Source: Candidatus Omnitrophota bacterium
GTDB lineage: Bacteria; Omnitrophota; Gorgyraeia; JAFGHF01
DNA: 64,000 bases
Assembly (NCBI GenBank): GCA_020341815.1
Contig: CP070837.1
Location: 692,211 to 756,210 of the forward strand
Reading direction: 5' to 3'
A program made the position numbers and the translations under genes. Position 1 is the first letter of the stretch; every line of letters begins with the position of its first letter. The notes beneath the pieces were generated by a model. It ran no database searches. It worked only from the letters and a program-made list of their open reading frames with translations, and was not told the origin of the DNA. This document shows, piece by piece, positions 10,434-20,601 of this stretch.

Positions 10434-10445
10434 TTTATATTTTAC

Positions 10446-10534
10446 TGGTGCCGGAGGTGGGAGTCGAACCCACACGGGGTTTAAGCCCCACTGGATTTTG
10501 AGTCCAGCGCGTCTGCCAATTTCACCACTCCGGC
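10446..10534 (-). tRNA. tRNA-Leu (anticodon CAA)
   Basis: Reverse complement GCCGGAGTGGTGAAATTGGCAGACGCGCTGGACTCAAAATCCAGTGGGGCTTAAACCCCGTGTGGGTTCGACTCCCACCTCCGGCACCA. It has a long variable arm and the anticodon loop is ctCAAaa. Confidence 0.8.
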
Positions 10535-10675
10535 TTAATGAGCACTGAATTTACGAAACACAAGGTGTTTTGTAAATTCATCCTCTTTAGTTTTTCTTCT
10601 TTAGTTTGTGTAAATTAATCCCGATAGCAATGAGAAAATTTATTTATAAATTTTGAAATGTTTTGCTATCGGGAT
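10535..10675 (-). repeat. Copy A of a repeated intergenic module (12-bp-stem palindrome plus conserved AATGAGCACT box)
   Basis: Stem arms atcccgatagca (10618-10629) and tgctatcgggat (10664-10675) flank a conserved interior (agaaaattta..ataaatttt). The box aatgagcact (10537-10546) abuts the tRNA-Leu 5' end. Copy B is at 13586-13696. Confidence 0.5.
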
Positions 10676-10686
10676 AAACTCACAAC

Positions 10687-11661
10687 TTACGATTCCGTTT
10701 CTTTTTCTTCTTCGAACACGCCTATTTTTCGGAACTTTTTATATCTTTCTTCCAGGAGCTCCTCTTTTGACAGAGACAATAGCTGCTGTAAATATTTTTT
10801 AATCGCCGACTTGATATTCTTAGCACAACCCTCCGGGTCGCGATGCGCCCCGCCTAAAGGCTCTTTAATAACCTCCTCCACCACTCCCATCTTAAATAAA
10901 TCACGGGCCGTAAGCTTTAAGGCATCCGCAGCCTCGGGCGCGCGGGCCCTATCCCTCCAGAGAATAGCAGCGCAGCCTTCGGGAGAAATAACCGAATAAT
11001 AGGCATTTTCCAGTATACAAACCTTATCCCCTATGCCGATACCTAAGGCACCGCCGCTTCCTCCCTCACCGATAACAAAAGCGATTATCGGCACTGCAAT
11101 TGCCGTCATCTCTCTTAAGTTAAGGGCAATACTCTGCGCCTGTCCTCTTTCTTCAGCGCCTATACCGGGATAGGCCCCCGGGGTATCGATAAATATCACG
11201 ATAGGGATATTGAATTTTTCCGCCAGCTGCATCGCCTTCAGGGCCTTCCTGTATCCTTCAGGATGCGCGCATCCGAAATTGCGCAGCAAGTTTTCCTTGG
11301 TGTCTCTGCCCTTCTGATGCCCGATAACCACAACCTTCTGCCCGTTAAGTCTGGCCAGACCCGTAATCATCGCTTTATCATCGGCAAAAAGCCTGTCGCC
11401 GTGCAGCTCTATAAAATCTTTCATAATTAGATCTATATAATCTAATGTATAGGGCCTCTGGGGATGGCGGGCAATCTGCACCCTTTGCCAGGCAGTTAAA
11501 TTTTCGAAAATCTCGCGTTTTAACTTCTCCAGCCTTTGCGTCAGGTGCTTTATCTCCGAGGAAAGGTCTATCTTTTCGGTCTCGGTAAGACCTTTGAGCT
11601 CTTCGATCTTGCGCTCAAGTTCCAGGATGGGCTTCTCAAAATCCAATCCGCTTGCCTTCAA
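10687..11661 (-). CDS. accA: Acetyl-CoA carboxylase carboxyltransferase alpha subunit
   Basis: 324 aa. [23 protein letters not shown].., then the conserved ..[15 protein letters not shown].. carboxyltransferase core. Confidence 0.9.
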   Translation of the reverse strand: MKASGLDFEKPILELERKIEELKGLTETEKIDLSSEIKHLTQRLEKLKREIFENLTAWQRVQIARHPQRPYTLDYIDLIMKDFIELHGDRLFADDKAMITGLARLNGQKVVVIGHQKGRDTKENLLRNFGCAHPEGYRKALKAMQLAEKFNIPIVIFIDTPGAYPGIGAEERGQAQSIALNLREMTAIAVPIIAFVIGEGGSGGALGIGIGDKVCILENAYYSVISPEGCAAILWRDRARAPEAADALKLTARDLFKMGVVEEVIKEPLGGAHRDPEGCAKNIKSAIKKYLQQLLSLSKEELLEERYKKFRKIGVFEEEKETES

Positions 11662-11673
11662 AGGAATTTCACC

Positions 11674-12633
11674 TCAATCTACAATAATTACTTCGGTTTC
11701 TCTGGGCAAAATAGTAAATAACTCTTCCACTTCGTTATTCAACATTCTAACACAGCCGTTGGTGACCTGGCTTCCTAAGTCCTCTTCGGTTGCGCCGCCG
11801 TGAATGCCGTATTCCGGCTCGGAAAGCCCCAGCCATCTTGTGCCCAGAATGTTTTCCGGGGTGTTCGGCGGAATTATCCCCTCCCCGTCTTTATACCAGG
11901 GCGGATTTTTTAATTTTTCTACAATTTTAAAAGCCCCTTCGGGGGTGCAATCATATTTTCCCGTAGCCACCGGATAAACTTTAAAGATTTCCTCATCCGC
12001 CTTCAAGGCAAGGGAACTCTGCGACTTATCGACGATTACGCTGTATTTAGCAGTGGAAACCTTCAGGCGCTTTCCCGGCCTGATCAGATGATTGTCTAAG
12101 CTATTGCTGCGCATAATCAAATCTACCGTCGTATTATATTTAGCGGCGATTTTGGCCAGGGTATCGCCCGGCTCCACTTTATAAAGGATATCTCTCTCTG
12201 TCACAATGGGAGAAAACAGGACTTTTATATTCAGCGTCCAGAGTTTATTTTCCACGTCGGAAATCTGTTCAAAACTGGGAAAATTGACAATAATCTCATT
12301 GTAAGCGGCTTTTGCCTCCTGCCAAAGACTTTCTCCTTCGTAAATCTCTGCCAATTTATACAAAGCCTCTGCGGCCTTGGGGCTGCGGGGAAACTTTTTC
12401 ACTAACTCCTGATAGAGCTTAACGGCCTTGGTTGTCTGGTTCTTGGACTGCCAGGACAAAGCAGTGCGATAAAGGGAATCGGCCTGGGGCACAGGCTGCT
12501 TGCTTCTTTTGCCCTTGCCGACCTGACCCACAATGCAAACTATTATCAAGCATCCTGTCAAACCAATTACTCCTGAGAATAATAATTTTTTATTCACCTT
12601 TACCTCCTTCTTTTTATATGAAGATAATTGCAA
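11674..12633 (-). CDS. L,D-transpeptidase (YkuD domain) with TPR and LysM regions
   Basis: Signal anchor, then a TPR-like region, LysM (YKVEPGDTLAKIAAKYNTTVDLI) and the catalytic motif GIHGG...SQVTNGCVRMLN. Confidence 0.7.
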   Translation of the reverse strand: MQLSSYKKKEVKVNKKLLFSGVIGLTGCLIIVCIVGQVGKGKRSKQPVPQADSLYRTALSWQSKNQTTKAVKLYQELVKKFPRSPKAAEALYKLAEIYEGESLWQEAKAAYNEIIVNFPSFEQISDVENKLWTLNIKVLFSPIVTERDILYKVEPGDTLAKIAAKYNTTVDLIMRSNSLDNHLIRPGKRLKVSTAKYSVIVDKSQSSLALKADEEIFKVYPVATGKYDCTPEGAFKIVEKLKNPPWYKDGEGIIPPNTPENILGTRWLGLSEPEYGIHGGATEEDLGSQVTNGCVRMLNNEVEELFTILPRETEVIIVD

Positions 12634-13060
12634 CCAAAATCCCGATTATGGCTCCGATAAAAACTTCAATAGGTGTATGCCCCAGAAACTCTCTAAGACT
12701 TTCCTCTTTCAATTTCTTCTTCCAATAGATATCATCTAAAATCATATTTAAAATTTCCGCCTGCTCCCCCACCGACCTTCTGAAGCCCTGGGCATCCATC
12801 ATAATTATCCAGGCAAAAACCAGAGTTACCGCAAAAACGGGAGACGTCACTCCGAATCTTAAGCCGATTGCGCCAGCCAAAGCCGAAACCGTTGCTGCGT
12901 GTGAGCTGGGCATCCCCCCTGTATCTACAAACCACCTGAAATTAAATCTTTTTTCGGTGATTACGCCTAAAAACACCTTGGCGCTCTGGGCAATGAACCA
13001 GGCCACCAATACGGTAACGAACACCTCATTTTGAAATACCTGTCTAAAGAAATTTATCAT
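12614..13060 (-). CDS. DUF212 / YuiD-like divergent PAP2 (acid phosphatase-related) membrane protein
   Basis: 148 aa. ..DTGGMPSSHAATVSALA.. motif within four TM helices. Confidence 0.55.
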   Translation of the reverse strand: MINFFRQVFQNEVFVTVLVAWFIAQSAKVFLGVITEKRFNFRWFVDTGGMPSSHAATVSALAGAIGLRFGVTSPVFAVTLVFAWIIMMDAQGFRRSVGEQAEILNMILDDIYWKKKLKEESLREFLGHTPIEVFIGAIIGILVAIIFI

Positions 13061-13072
13061 TTATGCTGTCTT

Positions 13073-13570
13073 TTATCGATCCTTATAGGAAAGTTTACCA
13101 ACGGGCTCAAGCTCTACTCTTATCCTTGGCTTAAAAGTCGAATGACTGTGCTTTACGAGATAACCCTTGTTTCCCTTTCGCAGGGCTAATTCATCTTCTG
13201 TGCGCAGCATTGCGACCTTTGCCGAACGCCTTTGCAGCTTTTCTCTTAATCTAACGGCCTTAATTGCCTTTTTTAACTCCTTCAGAGAGAGAAACTTCTC
13301 TTCAAGGATGCCCTTTTCCTTAATGAGCCCGGCAATTTTGGCCTGCAGTTGGTCTCTTTCTTCTTTGAGCGCCTGAAGCTGGCTTCTAAAGCCTGAATTG
13401 TCCTTTTCTAAAAAGGCAATGGTTGTATTTAATTTTTCTAACTTTGCGGATGTCTCTTCAAGTGTCTTGTCAAAATAGCGGCTCAATTTTTGATGCCGAT
13501 AATAAAAAGCAAAGCTTAAGGATAAACTCGCCAGGAGTACCGCTAAATAAAGCATGCGTAGTATCTTCAT
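13073..13570 (-). CDS. Hypothetical membrane-anchored coiled-coil protein
   Basis: 165 aa. N-terminal TM helix, heptad-rich middle and a basic C-terminus. A strong AGGAGG RBS lies upstream. Confidence 0.45.
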   Translation of the reverse strand: MKILRMLYLAVLLASLSLSFAFYYRHQKLSRYFDKTLEETSAKLEKLNTTIAFLEKDNSGFRSQLQALKEERDQLQAKIAGLIKEKGILEEKFLSLKELKKAIKAVRLREKLQRRSAKVAMLRTEDELALRKGNKGYLVKHSHSTFKPRIRVELEPVGKLSYKDR

Positions 13571-13585
13571 GCTTCACCTCCTTTA

Positions 13586-13696
13586 AATGAGCACTTAACT
13601 TATGCAACCAAAGGAAGCGTAAGTTAATGTGCGAATTTATCCCGATAGCTGCAAGAAAATTTAGAATAAATTTTCGTAGCGTTTTGCTATCGGGGT
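13586..13696 (-). repeat. Copy B of the repeated intergenic module (palindrome plus AATGAGCACT box)
   Basis: Stem arms atcccgatagc (13639-13649) and gctatcgggg (13686-13695) with the same interior consensus as copy A. The box aatgagcact (13586-13595) sits just upstream of the RBS of the 13570 gene. Confidence 0.5.
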
Positions 13697-13737
13697 GTTC
13701 TTTTATTATAATAGACAATTACTCAAAAGGCAAGGTG

Positions 13738-15126
13738 TTATTTTCCAATACAAAATTGAGAAAAGATACGCTCCAGGATATCCTCACAATGTATCTTGCC
13801 GATTATCTCGCCTAAAAACGATTGCGCCTCTTTTATGTAGAGAGCAATAATCTCTGCCCCCTGGCTCATCTTTATTGCTTTAACTGCCCGCCGCAGAGAA
13901 AGATGCGCCTTCTTTAAGGCCTGCCGATGCCTGATGTTGGTAACCAAAAGTTCATCTCCTGAGGGCGCCTCCCCCCGCCAGAGGTATGCGGCTATTTCTC
14001 TTTGTAAGTTCTTCAAGCCTCTGCCGCGAAGGGCGGAGACTTTTATAACCTTTCTGCCCCTTGAGACCCTGCTTAACTCATCCGCCTCTATCTTCTGAGG
14101 CAAATCCTGTTTATTCAAAACTACAAAAGCGCATCTTTCTGAAATATATCGAGATATCTTCAAGTCTTCGGCCTCCAGCTTACGGCTGGCATCTAAAACC
14201 AGAAGGATAAGGTCTGCCTCTTTTAACGCCTTTCGGCTCCTTTTTACCGCTTCTGTTTCCGCTAAATTGCTCCCCTCGACAATTCCTGCGGTATCGATTA
14301 GGCGCAAAGGAATACCGGAAATATCAACTGTCTCCTCAAGGACATCCCTCGTTGTTCCGGGCAGAGGAGTAACAATGGCCCTGTCCTTTTTTAAGAGGGC
14401 ATTCAAAAGGCTGGATTTGCCCACATTGGGCCTGCCGCAGATAACACAGCTTATCCCCTCACGCAAAATTGTCCCTCTATCTGCGCTATCCAGAAGTTCT
14501 TTTATCTGACAGGAGGCCTTTTTTGCTTTTTTCAATATTTTTTCTAAAGACTTAGGCTCTATATCCTGATCGGCGAAATCTATAGAGGCCTCAAGTTGTG
14601 TCGATATCTCAAGAAGGCTCCTGCGCAAGCTGCCTATTTTTCTGGAAAGCCTCCCTTCTAGCTGCCCTAAGGCGGCATTTAGCGCCTGGGGGGTTTGGGA
14701 ATTAATCACATCCAAAATTGCCTCAGCCTGAGTTAAATCAATGCGCCCGGCCAGATACGCACGTCTGGTAAACTCACCCCGCCCGCTCAAGCGCACACCC
14801 AAACTCAATACCAGTTCCAGTATTTTTCTTAAGACAACGATGCCGCTGTGGCAATTAATCTCTACGATATCCTCTTTGGTATATGTCCTGGGCGCGCGCA
14901 TAACATTGAGCAAAACCTCATCGATACGCTCTTTGCCATTTTTAATCCATCCGTAATAGAGCCTGTGCGTGGCCAGCTGCGAAGGACGCTTGCCGTTGGA
15001 GCCGATAAAAATCTTATCCGCTATTGAAACGGCTTTCTTGCCGCTTAGACGCACTATGCCAATTCCGCTTTTACCCAGCGGCGTAGATATTGCCGCTATG
15101 GTGTCATCTAGATATAACTTTTCCAT
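13738..15126 (-). CDS. mnmE: tRNA modification GTPase MnmE (TrmE)
   Basis: 462 aa. G-domain GRPNVGKSSLLNALL, DTAG, NKQD, and the C-terminal CIGK motif. Confidence 0.9.
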   Translation of the reverse strand: MEKLYLDDTIAAISTPLGKSGIGIVRLSGKKAVSIADKIFIGSNGKRPSQLATHRLYYGWIKNGKERIDEVLLNVMRAPRTYTKEDIVEINCHSGIVVLRKILELVLSLGVRLSGRGEFTRRAYLAGRIDLTQAEAILDVINSQTPQALNAALGQLEGRLSRKIGSLRRSLLEISTQLEASIDFADQDIEPKSLEKILKKAKKASCQIKELLDSADRGTILREGISCVICGRPNVGKSSLLNALLKKDRAIVTPLPGTTRDVLEETVDISGIPLRLIDTAGIVEGSNLAETEAVKRSRKALKEADLILLVLDASRKLEAEDLKISRYISERCAFVVLNKQDLPQKIEADELSRVSRGRKVIKVSALRGRGLKNLQREIAAYLWRGEAPSGDELLVTNIRHRQALKKAHLSLRRAVKAIKMSQGAEIIALYIKEAQSFLGEIIGKIHCEDILERIFSQFCIGK

Positions 15127-16433
15127 TGTCTTTCCTTCTCAAAAAGCTCCCCCAGTAAAAATAGCGAACCGCATACCAGTATTAAATCCTTCTCCCTTGT
15201 GTCCTCTCTGGCAATTTTGAGGGCCTGGATTGAATTTTCGCACAAAGTAACAGGTCTTTTTATCGGCATGAATGCCCTAGCTGCCTCGGGGTCCATAGCG
15301 CGGGGATTGGCAGCCTTAGTTAAAATTATCTTATTGGCTAAAGGCACAAGCTCTTTTAAAATTCCCCGCACATCCTTATCCTGACAAACCCCAAAAACTA
15401 AAATCAGATTGCGAAATCTAAAGGATTTAATCAGGGCCTCTTTCAAGGCAAAGGCAGATGCCTGATTATGCGCGCCATCAAAGACAACTGTGGGCTTACG
15501 GGAAACTATCTGCAGCCTCCCTGCCCAAGAGGCCTTTTTTAAGCCCCTGGCAATTGCCCCGTGAGAAATCTCAACATCGAAGTATGCTAAAGCTTCAATG
15601 CAGCCAATGGCAACAGCCGCATTGATAAGCTGATGCTCTCCCAAAAGTCTTATCTTTAATTCCGGATATTCACCAAATATCCCTTCAATATCAAAGGATT
15701 GCCCGTAAAGGCTTGAACGCTTTTCTTTAATCCGGATATCTTTGCCTACCTCAAACAATTTTGCCGCTTGAGCCTTCGCTCTTTTTCTAATAACCTCAAG
15801 CGCCTCTTTGCGCTGCGGCGCGCAAATTACAATCTGACTCTTTGTTTTGATAATCCCTGCTTTTTCTGCGGCTATCTCTCTCAATGTAGCGCCTAAGACA
15901 CGGGTGTGCTCATAACTAATGGGGGTTATAGCACAAACCAAAGAAGAGACTGTATTGGTCGCGTCCAATCTTCCCCCCAGACCGGTCTCCAGGACCGCAA
16001 AATCAACCTTGGCCTGCTTAAAATATAAAAAGGCGCAAGCGGTGAGAATCTCATAATAGCTAAGCCTGCCCAATTCTGTCTCTCTTAATTTTTCGGCATA
16101 AGGTTTTATCTTTTCTATCAACCTGGCGAAATCTTTTTTTGTAATTTTCTCCCCAATCCTGATTCTTTCCCGCACATCTATCAAATGCGGAGAAGTATAA
16201 AGCCCGACTTTAAATCCGGCCTCTCTTAAAATACTTGCTATAAAGGCGCAAGCAGAACCCTTCCCCTTTGTCCCGGCAATATGGATAGTCCGCAAAGAGC
16301 TTTGCGGATTGCCTAAAAGATGCAAGAACTCCTTCACTCTTCTTAATTTAAAAGAGGATTTATAAGGATAAGAATTGAGTCGCTCATAATTAATGAAGGA
16401 ATTAAGATAGGCTTGCGCCTTGAGGTAGGTCAT
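15108..16433 (-). CDS. folC: Folylpolyglutamate synthase / dihydrofolate synthase
   Basis: 441 aa. P-loop HIAGTKGKGSACAF..YTSPHL within a Mur-ligase fold. Confidence 0.85.
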   Translation of the reverse strand: MTYLKAQAYLNSFINYERLNSYPYKSSFKLRRVKEFLHLLGNPQSSLRTIHIAGTKGKGSACAFIASILREAGFKVGLYTSPHLIDVRERIRIGEKITKKDFARLIEKIKPYAEKLRETELGRLSYYEILTACAFLYFKQAKVDFAVLETGLGGRLDATNTVSSLVCAITPISYEHTRVLGATLREIAAEKAGIIKTKSQIVICAPQRKEALEVIRKRAKAQAAKLFEVGKDIRIKEKRSSLYGQSFDIEGIFGEYPELKIRLLGEHQLINAAVAIGCIEALAYFDVEISHGAIARGLKKASWAGRLQIVSRKPTVVFDGAHNQASAFALKEALIKSFRFRNLILVFGVCQDKDVRGILKELVPLANKIILTKAANPRAMDPEAARAFMPIKRPVTLCENSIQALKIAREDTREKDLILVCGSLFLLGELFEKERQWKSYI

Positions 16434-17625
16434 GTTTTATAAAATAATTCATCAGCTGCCAGCCCTGAGGGAAACTTAACTTGCTTTCGGCAGCTGCGGA
16501 TTCATTAAATTCACAAATCTTGTCCTTCGCTACTGCCTCACCGCATAAAGCAAAAAATATTGGTTCTGAGGTATGCGTTCTCATAGGAATGGGAGTATAA
16601 TGATCCGGTAGCACCATAATTCTAAAAGGCTCTTTATGCTCTTCAAAATGTTTTAATATTTGTCCCACTATCTGACTGTCAAACCTTTCGATCGCCGTTA
16701 TCTTGGCCCTTAAGTCCCCGTTATGACCAGCCTCGTCCGGCGCCTCCACATGAATAAAGATGAAATCTTTATTCTCCAGCGAATCTATTCCGTATTTTCC
16801 CTTGGCCAGATAATCGGTATCGTAATATCCGGTGGCGCCGGGCACATCAATAGGCTCAAGGCCGATTATCCTGCCTATACCTTTAATCAGGTCCACTGCC
16901 GAAATAACCGAACCGTTAACTCCGTATAATTTTTTAAACGGGGGCATAGCGGGGCGCCTCCCCTGTCCCCAAAGCCAGATTGAGTTAGCGGGATGCTCCT
17001 TCAGGTCAATGCGCACTTTATTTATCTCGTGTTCCTCCAGAAAGCCCTGCGCCCGCTGCATTAAATCAATCAAAAACTTGGCATTTCTTCCGCGGGGAAG
17101 GTTTCTGGATAAGCTTTGGCCGACGATATTGTGCGGAGGGACGCATTTAAGTTTTAATAAAGAAGGTTTTAAATCCTTTACAACCATTAAATGTCGATAG
17201 CTTACGCCCGGATAAAATCTTACTCCCACTTCTTCCAGATGCTTATCCAGGTCTTTAATTAAAATGTGCGCCTCTTTATTATTGATGTGGCCGCTGCTAT
17301 AGTCCAGCATCTTATCCTCCCCTGTAGTAACAAGATTGCAGCGAAAAGCCACCTCGTCTTTTGCCAGGTCTATCCCCATATTTGCTGCCTCTAACGGACC
17401 GCGCCCGGTATAGAATTTTGTCGGGTCATAACCTAATATAGAAAGATTGGCTACATCGCTGGCGGGAGCCATTCTTTCAGGGATTGTCTTTGCCCAGCCG
17501 ACCTGGCCATTGCGGGCAATATAATCCATATTCGGGGTTTTTGCCGCTTCCAGAGGGGTCTTACCCTGTAATTGCTCCAGAGGATAATCGGCCATCCCAT
17601 CGCCTACTAAAACTATATATTTCAT
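16402..17625 (-). CDS. Cofactor-independent phosphoglycerate mutase, archaeal-type (ApgM family); proposed non-canonical homoserine kinase in this context
   Basis: It starts MKYIVLVGDGMADYP..TPNMD.., characteristic of the ApgM/proposed-homoserine-kinase family. It lies immediately downstream of hom-thrC. The start is trimmed to MKYIV (cat at 17623-17625). Confidence 0.7.
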   Translation of the reverse strand: MKYIVLVGDGMADYPLEQLQGKTPLEAAKTPNMDYIARNGQVGWAKTIPERMAPASDVANLSILGYDPTKFYTGRGPLEAANMGIDLAKDEVAFRCNLVTTGEDKMLDYSSGHINNKEAHILIKDLDKHLEEVGVRFYPGVSYRHLMVVKDLKPSLLKLKCVPPHNIVGQSLSRNLPRGRNAKFLIDLMQRAQGFLEEHEINKVRIDLKEHPANSIWLWGQGRRPAMPPFKKLYGVNGSVISAVDLIKGIGRIIGLEPIDVPGATGYYDTDYLAKGKYGIDSLENKDFIFIHVEAPDEAGHNGDLRAKITAIERFDSQIVGQILKHFEEHKEPFRIMVLPDHYTPIPMRTHTSEPIFFALCGEAVAKDKICEFNESAAAESKLSFPQGWQLMNYFIKHDLPQGASLS

Positions 17626-17635
17626 AACAACCTCT

Positions 17636-18703
17636 CTAAAAGCCAATCTCTTTTACTATTCTTTTTAAATTGGCTGGTAAAACTTTAGGTTTCTCTATAA
17701 TCGCTATTGCCCGGTCGGGGTCTTTGAGGCCATGGCCGGTCAATATACAAACCACTCTTATTGTCTTTTGTTTTGTTTTTTTAAAGAACCCCTGTTTAGC
17801 CATTTTGAATAAGCCGGCAACAGAGGCCGCAGATGCCGGCTCCGCAAATATGCCCTCCTCTGCCGCTAAAAATTTATAAGCGGAAATAATTTCCTTATCC
17901 GTAACCATATCGATCAGGCCACCTGATTCATCGCGCGCGGCTTCTGCGCTCTTCCAGCTGGCGGGATTGCCGATTTTTATAGCCGTGGCTATTGTTTTGG
18001 GGTCTTTGATTATCTTTTTACGCACAATAGGCGCGGCCCCCTCGGCCTGAAACCCGCACATCTTAGGCAAGTTTTTAATCTTGCCTGCTTTTTTATATTC
18101 TTTATAGCCCTTCCAATAAGCGGTGATATTTCCGGCATTGCCCACGGGAATAAAATGATAATCGGGCGCCTCTTTCAGAACATCGCAGATTTCAAAGGCC
18201 CCTGTCTTCTGGCCTTCAATCCTGTAGGGATTTATTGAATTAACCAGGGTAATGGGATATTTTTCCGTAATCTGGCGCACCAAATTCAGGCACTCGTCGA
18301 AATTTCCTTTGATGGCGATGACTTTGGCTCCGTGAATTAAGGCCTGGGCCAATTTTCCCAGAGCAATGGCCCCTTCCGGGATAAGAACAACGCACTTCAT
18401 CCTGGCAGAGCTGGCATAGGCAGCAGCAGAAGCAGAGGTATTGCCTGTTGAAGCGCAAATTACTGCCCGGGCGCCCTCTTCTTTTGCCTTGGATACGGCC
18501 AGGGTCATGCCTCTATCTTTAAAAGAACCGGTAGGATTTAAGCCCTCATATTTAAGATAGACCTCTGCATTACTTCCCACATGCTCGCTTAATGACTTAG
18601 CCAAAAGAAGGGGAGTATCGGCTTCCTGTAAGGTAATTATCGGGGTATTTTTTGTAACAGGCAGGTAGCTTTTATATCTTTCGATTACACCCTGATAGCT
18701 CAT
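17636..18703 (-). CDS. thrC: Threonine synthase
   Basis: 355 aa. PLP-binding ..GSFKDRGM.. lysine motif and the PLP beta-family fold. Confidence 0.9.
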   Translation of the reverse strand: MSYQGVIERYKSYLPVTKNTPIITLQEADTPLLLAKSLSEHVGSNAEVYLKYEGLNPTGSFKDRGMTLAVSKAKEEGARAVICASTGNTSASAAAYASSARMKCVVLIPEGAIALGKLAQALIHGAKVIAIKGNFDECLNLVRQITEKYPITLVNSINPYRIEGQKTGAFEICDVLKEAPDYHFIPVGNAGNITAYWKGYKEYKKAGKIKNLPKMCGFQAEGAAPIVRKKIIKDPKTIATAIKIGNPASWKSAEAARDESGGLIDMVTDKEIISAYKFLAAEEGIFAEPASAASVAGLFKMAKQGFFKKTKQKTIRVVCILTGHGLKDPDRAIAIIEKPKVLPANLKRIVKEIGF

Positions 18704-18705
18704 CT

Positions 18706-20001
18706 TTATAATGCTTCCACTCTCAATGCCACGGTTTTTCTTCTGATGCTTTCCAGACGGTCTATCTTGCGCAGAGCCAGGCGCAGAGAGCGCTCACTGG
18801 CTTCGTGGGTCATCATTACGATAGGGACAATCCTGGCCCATTTTCTTTCTTTCTGGGAGACGCTGGAAATACTAATTTTATGCTGTCCCAAAATCCCGGA
18901 AATCTTGGCCAGAACCCCAGGGCGGTCAATGGCCATAAAACGTATGTAATAGCGGGATGCGATTTCTTCAATCTTGCGAATGCGGCGGATATTAATCCTG
19001 TAAACCAATTGAGGTTTAGCCGAAGGCACCTCTTGCTTCAAGGCATAAGCTAAATCGGCGATATCGCCTATTACGGCGCTGGCGGTAGGGAATCTACCTG
19101 CCCCTTCACCATAGAAGACCTGTTCGCCGACCAAGTCTCCGCTTACATAAATGGCATTATAGATACCGTTGACTGAAGATAAAAGGTGTTCCCTGGGAAT
19201 TAAGGTCGGCTGAACCCTCAACTCCAATTCACCCGCCTCACATTTGGCGATAGCCAAAAGCTTAATTGTATATCCGGATTCCTGGGCATAACGAATATCA
19301 TTTAAAGAAACATCAGTAATGCCTTCTATATAGACTTTTTCCAGAGGCACCCATCGGCCGAATCCTAATGCTGCAAGGATTACCAGCTTGTGTGCAGAAT
19401 CTATTCCTTTGAGGTCTAAAGAGGGTCTTTTCTCCGCATAGCCCTTCTGATGAGCGACTTTTAGCGCCCGGCGAAAATCCCAATTCTCCTGAGCCATCTG
19501 CGATAGAATATAATTAGAGGTGCCGTTTACGATTCCGTATATCTTCTGCAGGCGATTGGAAATCAAGCTCTCGCGCAAGGACTTGATTATGGGAATGCCC
19601 CCGCCGACGCTTGCCTCAAAGTATACGCGCACATTATTCCTTCTGGCCTCCTCAAATATCTCTTCTGCGCATTCGGCTAAAAGCGCCTTGTTGGCGGTTA
19701 CCACATGTTTCTTATTCCTCAAAGCTTGAATAATAAACTCTTTGGCCGGATGTATCCCTCCAATCAATTCTACGACAATCTTTATCTGCGGGTCGTCTAA
19801 AATCTGCCTTATATCCCTGGTCAACAGAGAGGGATTTACCTGGACAATTCTCCTGCGCCGCAAATTGGTATCGCAAATCTTCTTCAGGTGGATTCTTATG
19901 CCTAATTTTTTCTTCAAAAGGTTGCCGCGGCTTTTCAAGACTTTCACTACACCGCTGCCAACGGTGCCGAAACCGACTAAGCCAATATCTATCCTCTGCA
20001 T
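18706..20001 (-). CDS. hom: Homoserine dehydrogenase with C-terminal ACT domain
   Basis: 431 aa. N-terminal Rossmann [12 protein letters not shown], the catalytic domain, and an ACT domain. Confidence 0.9.
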   Translation of the reverse strand: MQRIDIGLVGFGTVGSGVVKVLKSRGNLLKKKLGIRIHLKKICDTNLRRRRIVQVNPSLLTRDIRQILDDPQIKIVVELIGGIHPAKEFIIQALRNKKHVVTANKALLAECAEEIFEEARRNNVRVYFEASVGGGIPIIKSLRESLISNRLQKIYGIVNGTSNYILSQMAQENWDFRRALKVAHQKGYAEKRPSLDLKGIDSAHKLVILAALGFGRWVPLEKVYIEGITDVSLNDIRYAQESGYTIKLLAIAKCEAGELELRVQPTLIPREHLLSSVNGIYNAIYVSGDLVGEQVFYGEGAGRFPTASAVIGDIADLAYALKQEVPSAKPQLVYRINIRRIRKIEEIASRYYIRFMAIDRPGVLAKISGILGQHKISISSVSQKERKWARIVPIVMMTHEASERSLRLALRKIDRLESIRRKTVALRVEAL

Positions 20002-20011
20002 TTTTCTCCCT

Positions 20012-20389
20012 TTAGCCTTTTAGAAACAATTCCGTAAATCTTCGTAATTCCTTTTTTCGTTGGTCTCCAAGGTTGACAAATTCAATTCTAATGGCGTAAA
20101 TAATATTTTTCTTTATTTCTTCACAACCCACTATTCTGCCTTCGAGTTCAACAGAAACTCTTTCCGAAGGAAGTCGTAAGTTAATTTCTAAAATAGTGTT
20201 GAGGGGAAACAGGTCGCTTACGGTAAAGCGAATCCCTGTTTCGCTCAAATCCTTTGTGCGGGTTATATCTGCATGCGGTCTTAAGCCTACCCTAAGTCCT
20301 TTTGCCTCAGGCAGTTCTTTAATCCTGTATTGAACTATAACCTCTCTTCTTACTCTTGGCGCTGCCCTTTTGTCTTTTCGCTCTTCCAT
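20012..20389 (-). CDS. PilZ-domain protein (c-di-GMP binding)
   Basis: RxxxR...D.SETGIRF PilZ signature. The start is trimmed to MEERKDKR (cat at 20387-20389), because the longer ORF overlaps tRNA-Pro. Confidence 0.55.
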   Translation of the reverse strand: MEERKDKRAAPRVRREVIVQYRIKELPEAKGLRVGLRPHADITRTKDLSETGIRFTVSDLFPLNTILEINLRLPSERVSVELEGRIVGCEEIKKNIIYAIRIEFVNLGDQRKKELRRFTELFLKG

Positions 20390-20416
20390 AGTTAAGCCCA
20401 ATATATTGGCATAGGA

Positions 20417-20494
20417 TGGTCGGGACGGCCGGATTCGAACCGGCGACCCCTTGAACCCCATTCAAGTGCGCTAGCCAAACTGCGCCACGTCCCG
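20417..20494 (-). tRNA. tRNA-Pro (anticodon GGG)
   Basis: Reverse complement CGGGACGTGGCGCAGTTTGGCTAGCGCACTTGAATGGGGTTCAAGGGGTCGCCGGTTCGAATCCGGCCGTCCCGACCA. The anticodon loop is atGGGgt. Confidence 0.8.
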
Positions 20495-20596
20495 AACCAA
20501 AATACTTCAACGGTTAAGATTAGTAGCAAACTAATGCCATATGGCACGAGTTTTGCCAAAGTACAAAGCTTAGCAGTATTTTGGTTCGGGACACGT
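20487..20596. repeat. MITE-like 110-bp palindromic element, copy 1 (about 20-bp TIRs); left TIR overlaps the tRNA-Pro 5' end
   Basis: TIRs acgtcccgaaccaaaatact and agtattttggttcgggacacgt. The centre is the palindrome tgccatatggca. A near-identical copy in inverted orientation is at 24102-24211. Confidence 0.6.
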
Positions 20597-20601
20597 CCCC
20601 T

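Noticed and set aside
9387-10475. N-terminal extension of the permease ORF (MWVRLPPPAPVKYK...)
   Set aside because: The extension overlaps tRNA-Leu (10446-10534) on the same strand. The internal Met at 10433 (MITELII...) is the plausible start.
20012-20461. N-terminal extension of the PilZ ORF (MGFKGSPVRIRPSRPSYANILGLT...)
   Set aside because: It overlaps tRNA-Pro (20417-20494). It is translated tRNA/leader sequence, so the start was moved to 20389.
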